Assembly (NCBI GenBank): GCA_036172245.1
Contig: JAYWIR010000112.1
Span: 124,001 to 156,909 of the forward strand
Source of the DNA: Raillietiella orientalis
Taxonomy: Eukaryota
Direction: 5' to 3'
Length of the DNA stretch: 32,909 nucleotides
Both the position numbers and the translations under genes were made by a program. The notes under the pieces are model-generated. The model did no database searches and was not told the origin of the DNA. It was given only the letters and a program-made list of their open reading frames with translations. Below are positions 9,361 through 18,560 of this stretch, piece after piece. Within the stretch, counting starts at the first letter, position 1. The number at the start of each line of letters is the position of its first letter.

Positions 9361-12300
9361 ATGCCGGGAATCTCCTCCCGCCGTCGTCTGCGCATCGCCG
9401 TTTGCAACGTAAACGGCATGACAGACGCCGGCAGGAGGCGAGACATGGCCGCCCTTCTGGAGTCCTACGACCTTGCGCTGCTGCAAGAGATCCACGTGAT
9501 CTCTGCAGAACAAGCGCAAGAGATCGAACGGATCTCCGGAAGGCGGCTATGGTACAGGTATGGGAGAGCGAAAAGTTGCGGTGTCGCCTACCTGCTTCGG
9601 CCAGCCGTCGAGGCCGCGGCTCGGGGCGTGCAGTTCGACGATCACGGTCGTGTCGGCCAGCTGACTCTCAGGTGGTCCGACTCGATCGATCTGATCGTCA
9701 CGAACGTGTTCGCACCGAGCTGCGCGGACCTGATGACCAGGAGGGCGAGGACAGAGTTTTTCCTTTCCCTGCGGCGAGACTGGCTGGCCGAAGCAGGCGT
9801 GCGGAATGCCCATCTGGTTGCAGGCGATTTCAACGTTCGCCTGAAACCAGATGGGCAGAATCCCGAGCGTGACCTGGTCGACGAGGTGTGCATGGCGGTG
9901 CACACCTGTAATTTGTTGGCCAGTGCACCGGGGATGGAAGACAGCATTGACCACGTGTTTCTTGACGAGCACCTGCGCCCTCGCGTGGGCAGGCGCGGCA
10001 AGTTACCGTGCGAGCCGTCCGACCATCGCCCGCTAGTCCTCGAGATCCATCCGCGAGACAGGGGCCCACCCTCGTCAGCGTGGCGTCTCCCAGGGGACTG
10101 CCTGAAGCTCCTGGACGCGGCGGAACATCTCCGCACGTTCATACCGAGCTTCAGGCTGCGGACACTCCAGGATTGGGACCGCTTCAAGCGGTCGGTCCAG
10201 GAGTTCTGCGACCAGTTTCCTCTGCACCGCCTACCTACGGGTTTTGGGACCGGGGTCCGTAACGAACGAGCCTACCTGCGGGCCCGTCGTTACGCCAGGA
10301 CCCCCGACATCCGCAGGCTGGCGGAATACAAAGCGGGAGCAGAGAGGCAAGCCTGGCAGTCCGGATCAGCCAGCTTACTGGACGATCAGGGCCAGGAGCA
10401 CTCGGCCCCTGCCTAAATCCGCGGCCTGCTGCGGAGTTACTACTCCTTCCTGTATGCCAGGGCACCTCCGGAGAGGAACGTCTCACGACTCCTGCTTCCG
10501 GAAGGCGCTCCAGCGATCGGGGAGGAGCAGAGAAAGACCCTCGTCGAGCCTTTCACGATGAACGAGATCCTCTCGGCCATCGGAAAGCTCAAGAGGCGAA
10601 AGGCTCCAGGGGAGGACGGGCTGCCTGCGGAGTTTTAACAAACTTTCGCGGCTGAACTTTCCCCCCTGGTACAGCAACTCACCTTGCAGATACGCGAGAC
10701 AGGTGACGTTCCCGCCTTGTTTCGTTCGGCAAAGGTGCGGCTTCTCTCTAAGGGAGGAGATCTGAGGAGCATGAACAACTGACGTTCCATCACAATAGTG
10801 AATGCTGATGCCAAGTTGATAGCTAAGGTTTGGGCTGAGCGCTTGGTACGGGTTGCAAACTCCTTCATCAGCCTGGAACAGACGTATGTTGTTTCTGGGC
10901 GAAGCATGGAGGCGAACCTGTTCCACTCTTGCACCTGACTAGAGCTCCAACACGAAAGGGGCTTGATGCGCACCGGTAATTCCGGTGAGTCCGCAGTCAT
11001 GCGACGGATGGTCGGATGGGGAAGGGATTACTTGCGGTCGCTGTCGACTTGCGTAGAGCATTCGAAAGCGTTGACCAGAATCTCCTGCTGGAGCTTTTGG
11101 AACGCTTGGGCTTCCCGGCCTCATTATTGGCTATCTGCGCTCTAGCTGGCGCGATGCGCTAATCAATGTTACTTTCAGCGGACATACTGTTCACGGCGTG
11201 CCGGTTCGACGTGGGATCCAGTAGGGAGACAGGCTGAGCCACTTGCTTTTCAGTACCTACTTTTAGTTGGTACTGAGTGCGTACAGGGGAACTCTGGCGC
11301 ACCTGCCGCACGACTGTGCCGGCACGCCTGCGGTTTCAGCATATGCGGACGACCTTATTCTACTGCTCCCTATTTCATCCCCGGTTTCGGCAGTCGAGAA
11401 GTTGTTTGACCTGCTAAATCGAGGAACCGGGCTTACGGTGAACAGGGCGAAGTCGTCCGTGATGTCAGTTTGTGCAGCGTAGGCAGGGCAGCAGGACTGG
11501 GTCCGTTTGGGGATCCCCACGGTGAGGTACTTCAGGTTCCTTGGTGTGCCGTTGGGGGACTACTCCCCTGCGGAAGCGTGGTCCGGCTGCCTCCAAAAAG
11601 TAGAGACGGAGATCGGCCCGTTCCGAGGCGGGAGGTTTTTCCTGCCTGAACGGGCCGCGGTTTGGAACACGTTGGCGGCTCCTCTCCTCCGCCTCCTGCT
11701 TTTTGTTTGCCCCCCCACAGAGAGAATTAAAAAGCGGACAAAGGACCTCCTCCGTATCGCCCTTTCGGGCAACGGAAGGCCCGAGACCGCTTAAAGGACT
11801 TGTGCGCTCCTCATCGGGATGGTGGTCTGGGCCTCCTGACGCTGGAGCGGCTGGAGCTTCAGCTTCAGTTCCGATTGTCGGCACTCGTTCCAGAGTTGTG
11901 GTGCACCTGTTGGGGCGTCCCTGCACGTCTCCTTCTCCAGCAAGCCACCGGCAAGACGGGACTGACTTCGTTTCTTGCACTCCGTCGTCGCGTCAACCAT
12001 TGCGGACTCCAGCTACGGAGGGTGGCTACGCTGTATCGGAAAAACCCAGGATTGCTCACCTGTCGCCCTTTCTAAGGTAGTGCCTGGTTGCAGGAAACCG
12101 TTCGAACGTGGGGATAGTTCGGCATGCAACTCTGCCAACGGGAACGAAGGTTCCTGTTTGGGGGTTACAGAAGTAGCACGCTCTGCGAGATCCTGGAGGA
12201 TCCAAAGAACAGAGCGTGGGCAGGAAGAAACCCCCTCACTGCTGCGCTGCCCTCCCTGATGGAAGATCTGGACAGCGATGTTGCGGCGAAGTGGGAGGTT

Positions 12301-12939
12301 TCAGTTACAATCTCCGGAAAGAAGAAGAAGATAGGAGAGTGGAAGACGGGCCAGTTAACAGACGCTGCGTCCCCGAGTACGCCTCCCAATGGACTTCTGC
12401 GCTGGGGCGCGGTCCTCGATGTTCCCATTGTACATCTGAAGTGGCTCCCGGTGCTCATGAACACTTCCGCCCTCCCCTTAAAATGGCAGGATTCGGCTCT
12501 CCTGTTGCAGCACTGGGGACTCCCCTGCAACGCCCGCCCACACCACTGGACCTGGGGAGCGGTGGACCCCAATTGCGTCAGGTGTGGGGAACGGGATTTC
12601 CTCCGCCACCTGCTAGTGGATTGTGTTGCCCTTCGGCCCCTTTGGTTTCGCTTTGCCGCGGCCATCGGAATCCCCTGCGGCAACCCGAGGGACGCACTGA
12701 AAGCCCTCTTCGTTGCCGACGCCCTTCGGCCAGCGGCCTCGTTAGCAGCTTTGTGCTGCCTACGCGGGATCGTCACCGCTTGGAGCAAGGCTACGGGAGG
12801 ACAACGCGACCAGAGTGCCATCCAGCCAGCCTCCCAGTTCCTGAGGAGGGCGTCCCGATGGCCCCATTTGGATCCAGAAATACAGAAGGAGCTTGCCGGG
12901 ATCCTGCAAAGGATGCAACGGCCCCACCAGCAACTGTGA
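9361..12939 (+). pseudogene. Full-length ORF2 (APE endonuclease, RT, C-terminal zinc finger), inactivated
   Basis: EN in ORF 9361..10416, then KAPGEDG, YADD at 11342-11353, FRFLGVPL, DGGLG and CVRCGERDFLRHLLVDC. Many stops (e.g. 10414, 10636, 10936) and frameshifts. Confidence 0.95.
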
Positions 12940-13156
12940 TCCCTTTATTTACCCTCCCAACTTTTCTTTTCTTTTTTGTTTTGTTTTTTGTTTTTCCCCC
13001 TTCCCCCTGCTGCCGTGGTGGACCATACCGGTCTGCGATCCGGTGACCCGGCAGGCTCTGTGTTTCTTCGTGCGTGGCTGGAGCAATGGTCCAGCCACCG
13101 CACGTCTTTGTAAATGTTTATTTTACAATAAACGCCCCTGCGAAATATGGGTGAAA
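12940..13156 (+). other. 3' UTR with U-rich tract, hairpins, AATAAA and terminal stem-loop
   Basis: T-rich tract 12962-12995, hairpin CGTGCGTGGCTGGA..TCCAGCCACCGCACG (~13069-13104), AATAAA at 13127-13132, then CGCCC..GAAA..GGGTG. Confidence 0.8.
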
Positions 13157-14010
13157 ATCGAACGCTTTATGCAGATCGACTGTGATCGCTAGGGCCCCCT
13201 TCCCCACCTGGGATTCCTGTCCGTGCCCGGCTGACGCCTCCAAAGCTGGGCTGCCAATCATTCCCTCTTCCTTTTCTTCACTTCTCTGCACATGAAACCA
13301 TGTGCTCGCGAAGAAGTGGTTGGACTCCATACTTTGCCTGGGAACAGCGTAATTCTGCTCCGGGCTAATTATGGAATTGGCCACCTGCCCCAGACGCGAA
13401 GCCCACATTGCGGCGATCAGCTTGGCGTATGTATTCACAATTGTGATCGGACGCCAGTTGCTGAGTTTCCTGAGGTCTCCTCCTTTCGGAAGGAGCCTCA
13501 CTCTGGCTGACCGAAACGAGGCGGGTACATCGCCTCCATCTCGGATCAGCCTTGTCAACTCAGGCACCAGGGGTGCCAACTCTGCCGCGAGCATCGAAAA
13601 AACTGCGCGCGCAGGCCGTCCTTCCCTGGTGCTTTCCGCTTCTTGAGCCTTCTGATACCGGCGAGAACTTCGCCGGTGGTATAAGGCTCGTCGAGGCTTT
13701 TCTTCTCCTCCTACTCTATTGCCGGGGCACCGTCCGGAAGAAAGCGCCGAGAGGCATCTTGGTCCGGGGGCGCCCTGGCGTAAAGGGAGGGATAATAACG
13801 CCGCACGAGGTGCCGTATTCTAGCCGGAGCCGAGTGCTCCCGGCCCTGGTCGTCCAGCAAGCTGGCCGACCCGGATTGCCGGGCTTGACGTTCGGCCCCG
13901 GCTCGGTACTCTGCCAGGCGACGGACATTGGGGTTTCTCGCGTAACGACGGGCATACAGGTACGTGAGATGGTTATGGACCCCTTCACCAAATTCCCGGA
14001 TTGCAGACAT
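13118..14010 (-). pseudogene. Antisense ORF2 fragment (EN-RT linker to RT motif DLHKAFD) lying between copies C and D
   Basis: ATG at 14010 opens MSAIREFGEGVHNHLTYLYARRYAR. After a stop at 13711 and a frameshift it reads NWRPITIVN..SPEQ..DLHKAFD. The last 12 codons are the antisense of copy C's 3' end. Confidence 0.88.
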
Positions 14011-14089
14011 GTTTTTCCGTTGCTCCGTCAACGAGTACCGGAAAGCGGTTTCTTCTTGGGAAGTGTGTGTTTTTTCACATCGTTGGTGT

Positions 14090-15387
14090 CCATTGGCATC
14101 GCTGCCAGTGGACACCACGATGAAGCTAGTCGTTGAGGAGGCAAATATTCCTCACGGTTTACTCGAGCAGGGGCATTCGCCCCGGATTCATCCCCGGAAA
14201 AGCCGAGGACGTGGAGCGCCATGGTTTTCGCGCCTAGCGCGGAAACCCTGGCGGAGCAAGCGGCCTACAGGGATTCCGGATATCAACCATCACTGGTATA
14301 TAAGGTAGGACCCCTGTTTGATGGTCGCACCGCCCGGGCCTTTAGCAAGGCATCACAAGATTTTCTTGTTCGCGAGGAGGATCTTGACGGCCTTTCCTTA
14401 CTCAGCGGGGGCAGCGAGTGGAGGTCGTCTGCAAAGACGTAGCCTTAGCACAGCGCTTCATAGACACCTCGCTGAATGTGGATGGCCGGAAGATCCTACC
14501 GGGTAGCACTACGGAGCGGTCCATCTAACCGGGATAACGAACCGCATGACGCGTTCTGCGGTGAACGACGAACTAAAAGAGTACGGTAAGGTACACGCGC
14601 TGTGGGCAAAGCCAACCATCTTTGATGGCTTTCATAGCTATTTCGGAGGGCAGGCTGCAGCGCGTGTCACCGTAAATGAGAGTGCTGGGTTGCCCCACAA
14701 ACTGGAGATCGCAAAAGAATCCGTCGACCTCTGGTACGTGGGAAAACCCCGCTACTGTGCCTACTGAAATGCAGTAGGGCACTTGCACAAGCGGTGCCCG
14801 AAAATTGTGTCACCTATGCGGGGAGAAGGGGCACATTCGACGCGTGTGCCCTAAGCTTCTCACGCCGATGCCCCCTGCTGCCAAAAAGGCACAGGGAAAG
14901 CGTGGAAATCTGGTGGAAAGACCAGCGCGTGACAATGGCCCGCCCCAGCCGCCATCTCCTCCTCCTCCCACGCAGACGTCGGATGATAAAACCGCGGAAG
15001 ACGCGGAAATTGAGGAGGGATGGCAACTGGTAAAGGCCAGGAAGGAGAAACAAGTGGTGGAAGAAGCACTGAAAAAAACGGAGAAAAAGTACACGGCCGG
15101 CAAAAAGAATAAAGCCGCGTCGCTGTCAAAAAAAATTCGCGAGTGCTCGGTAGCACTAAATCGCGTAATCGTTCCTCAGGCTTTCACCCGGGGCTACGAG
15201 CCTCCCCTCTCCGTTTGCGCCGCGCACGAGGTTCGCGACAACAAACCTTCTGTTTACACAGAGGTGGAGCCGAGCGACGCGCTCGCCGCCGGCGAGGACG
15301 TCACCTTCACGAAGGCGGCGGAGGAGCTCACGGCTACGCTGGCCGAGCGTGAGAACCCCTCTCGCAAGGCCGTGCGAAGGCCGGCTC
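14090..15387 (+). pseudogene. ORF1 of copy D (divergent subfamily), 3'-truncated
   Basis: ORFs 14221..14442, 14546..14767 and 14805..15431 give YGKVHALW, GQAAARVTV, CAY*NAVGHLHKRC and CHLCGEKGHIRRVC. Confidence 0.87.
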
Positions 15388-16339
15388 TCTTAGTTTCCTT
15401 GTGTCTTCCTTATGGAATCGCCTGCGCTTAACTGACCAACTGCCCCAGTGATCCGGTCAACCGGGTGAAGTTTGTTGATGACTCAACAGATTTAGTCTGT
15501 GAGGGAAAAGTAGTAAGTACAGATTATGCATCTCCCACCCTTTCAAGGAGTGGCCTACAGCACGGCATGGCTAATGAGATTGTTCATAGCTCATCAGATG
15601 GACCATCATCTGAAGCGAATACTCAATTCAAGATCGCGGTGAAAACATCGTATTAACAAATTTTCTTCCTAGGGTTTAATCGTATAAGCAGCACATTCCC
15701 ACCAACGAATTTATGGTTGACGGAATTACAAAGCTCGGATTTTGGATTTCCACTTTTTCATTCGAGGTCGATGCGTCTCGCGATCGTTTCTCGCAGTACG
15801 CCTATTTTGAAATGCAGATTGAGAAGATGCTTGGAAGTGTACCATATGAAGGGAAGTATAGAGGTAAGAGATAAAGTAAAGGCGTTCAATTTGCCCAATT
15901 TTGGGCGTCTCACACGCAGACTTGCTGTCACGTTGGTACACCATCCGATGGCAGCCAGTTTTCCAGCTTTCAGTCGCCGACTAGCCGATAACCAGGCTAG
16001 AAACGCTCGTAGTTCGCAGTAAGCTTTATGCTTTTCTTCGAAATGAATTGCTGTCCATCCTTTGTGGGATCACTTTCAAATATTCTGTTGTCCACCAGTA
16101 TAGCCGATGAGAGAAGCGAATTCTTTTTGATGTACATGAATTTTCCTATGTGCTTTTCAACTGTTCAAGGAAACTCAAAGAAACAGCTGAATCGAACACT
16201 TCATGATCTCCTGACCACTTCATAATGCTCTGAGAAATTCAAGCAAGAAGAACAATAAAAGGTAGTGTAAAGTAAGAAAACAACTTGCTGATAATTTTCG
16301 ATTGCCCTGTACGGTGATTACCTGCAAATGATTTCCTTC

Positions 16340-16890
16340 ATGGTTACAGATCTGTTCCTCCTACTCCTTGGAGAGATTAGGCCAGCTTACGGTTATCCGC
16401 GAGAAAACGATCATGAAAGTTCAGGGTTACGTTTTCGTCAGGAACGCGTTGTTAACTTTTTGTTGAAGAGTGGCCGTTACATAGCTGTGATCTCCACACT
16501 AAGCGCCCTGCCGATGCAACTGAAAACACCTTTCGTCAATTTTCAAGCAGTTTCCTTCTGCCTAACACAACTCTGGTATTTTTCCAATTTGCTAACTGAG
16601 CTAGCGCTCTTGGGATGAGGCAGGATCTGTGAGGCTAGCTCTAGAACAAGTGGTGCAATGGAGATCCCAAGCCGATTACTTAGGCTGCAATTCCGATCGC
16701 TTCTAGGCGCAGTAGATCACGCCTTTTTCTTCAGATCCACACATATTCCCAGCAGTTGCAGCCGTAAATATTTCCGCACCCTGGAACTGTTTCTTGGATA
16801 CAGGCAGTGCAGCTGGTTAGCATTAGGGAGATCCAAGTGTTCTCTTGCATCAGAGGAACCATTTGCTGCTGCATATGGCCATATTCTCTC
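16340..16890 (+). pseudogene. Highly degenerate relic of the ORF2 post-RT region
   Basis: Colinear weak matches to copy C: RFRQERVV ~ RFFLPERAA, LALLG*GR ~ IALSGNGR, RLLRLQFR ~ RLELQLQFR, CSWL ~ SAWL. Confidence 0.4.
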
Positions 16891-16899
16891 AGGCTAATC

Positions 16900-17450
16900 T
16901 CGTTCCGCACGGCAATCGACGAGAGCACTTCGGATGGTGGCGGTCTTCTAGAGAGACTCTTCCTGTGCTCACAAAGACGTGGTCCATTGCTTCATCACAA
17001 GTGCACGTCCTCTGAACTGGAGCTCCAGCCCTAATCTCTGCAGAGTAAGAAGGCTTGGTCCACCATTCCAGATGGGAAAACACAATTCTTTGAATTGGAC
17101 ACGGGATCTCTCTGTACAGAAAAGAAAGAGAAAGAAAAGAGAAACAACAGGAGAAACTATCAAGAGAAACAACGTGGAGAAATCCTTATACCGCTTTTTC
17201 ATGGTGACAAGGCTCTTCGCAAAGAGGACAGAAATTCTCAGTGCTAACGAGTGACATGTGAACGGGTGGCTCCTCAAGCATTGCGGGTCGTTCTTTTTGG
17301 CTGACAGTGGAAACTTGGCAGATGCGTAGGAGTTAGGTACTTGGCCTATCTCCCGATCATTATCGCTAATCCGTGTGAGCAAATTCTGCAGCAGAGTTTC
17401 CAAAATTCTTCGGAAAACTCGCACGCGGAGAAGAAATGTTGGCTCTCTCC
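16900..17450 (-). pseudogene. Degenerate relic of the ORF2 post-RT region
   Basis: RSRVQFKELCFPIWNGGPSLLTLQRLGLELQFRGRALVMKQW aligns with RARVRLKDLCAPRRDGGLGLLTLERLGLQLQFRILALVLELW (ORF 28648..29283). Also MKKRYKDF ~ IKKRTKDL. Confidence 0.75.
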
Positions 17451-18269
17451 TCTGTAGTGGCTGCTGCATTCGTTTCCTCGGGAAAAGTCCCGAAAGACGG
17501 CTAAAGACTCCTCCTCCGACAGCGTGCTCATGGCTGCTTGCAGCGGCTCTGTAGCTCACTTTTGTTCAAAAGGCGCACTTGCTGACAACGGTGTTTCACC
17601 ACGTGGCCTGCGTGCTTGGTCGCGGAAAACAATTAGTCAGACTTGTGGAAGGCCTGCTGCACCGTGGCAAGCTCAGCAAATTACTTTTTCCCTAGAAACT
17701 TTGGGGTGCCTTCCTCCGTTCGTTCCAAGTAATTTCATTGCGCTGAAGTACTTCAATTCGATGTCGAATATGGTTACTTGATGCTGTAGAACCAGTGAGG
17801 AGCTTTTTCAGAGGACTTGTGATCCTCCGAAAGCAGAAGCCCCCAGAAAGTGGTGTGAATGGAGAAAAAGTATCGCTAGTGTTCTTATTTGCCTAAAGCC
17901 CCTTTCACCCTTGGCATCGCCTTGTTCACTAGAACTGCTGCTGGCATTCCATACCGTGAACTCTGCTACATTGTCCCTTTCGCAGTACCACTTTCTTCCT
18001 ATAAAATGCCCTTTCTGGTAAGCATCTAGCTTCCTGCTTTCGGTGCGCCACATTCTTCAGGCAGTATACCTTCCGAAAATTGTTTGGTATCTAGTTGAGT
18101 TGGAAGCATGTACTGCATCTTCCGATTTCTAAGGCGATTACAAAGTGACTACGTCCCTTGTGCCCAAAATCTTTTTGTGGGAATTTGTGGCTGTCGTGCA
18201 CCTATTTCTATTTCATTAGTTTGCCACGTTTCCTGCAAATGAAACATTTTCGCATCTTTACAGCAGAGA

Positions 18270-18560
18270 GAGCGCCTGATGTTCGTTTCCTGTGACCTCA
18301 CAGAGTGCACAACTTTGGGCCTGACCAAGTAAAACCTGACGATTTTTTGTTAAGGCATAGTTCCTCTGAGATATGTGACCTATTCGCTGCACGCGTACGC
18401 ATTTTTTCCAGCCCACTGTACGTGCTGAAAGCCTGGTGTAACACTTTCTTGGTGGCAACCATCATGAACAGCACCGAACTTTGAAAGCTTGGTCGCCACC
18501 GCAACTTTCTGCTTATCGGCGGCAATCCTCCTGGATGGTGCAACACGGAATCGCCCTAGG
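18270..18560 (-). pseudogene. Degenerate relic of ORF1 (RRM-like region and first knuckle)
   Basis: VATKLSKFGAVH..PGFQHV, YSGLEKMRTRAANRSHISEELCLN and CALCEVTG align with VSVLAKFASVH..KDFPSVHIGQASARITVANRRVVPEQLQVN..CEHCVKDG. Confidence 0.6.

Larger units (their letters stand above)
8844..13156 (+). mobile_element. 5'-truncated L1/Tx1-type element, copy C (ORF1 tail, full-length ORF2 pseudogene, 3' UTR)
   Basis: ORF1 tail, then ATG at 9361, ORF2 to 12939, and a 3' UTR ending in AATAAA and a stem-loop. Confidence 0.92.

Noticed and set aside
12995..13110. Self-cleaving ribozyme (HDV-like or hammerhead) in the UTRs
   Set aside because: Hairpins are present, but I could not find the conserved catalytic cores or a pseudoknot.
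8844..13156. Target-site duplications around elements
   Set aside because: None could be identified by eye. The two flanks of each element are not contiguous parts of one target.
15465..15660. Possible ORF2 C-terminal relic (STDYASPTLSRSGL ~ LTDAASPSTPPNGL)
   Set aside because: A single short match that needs a profile search.
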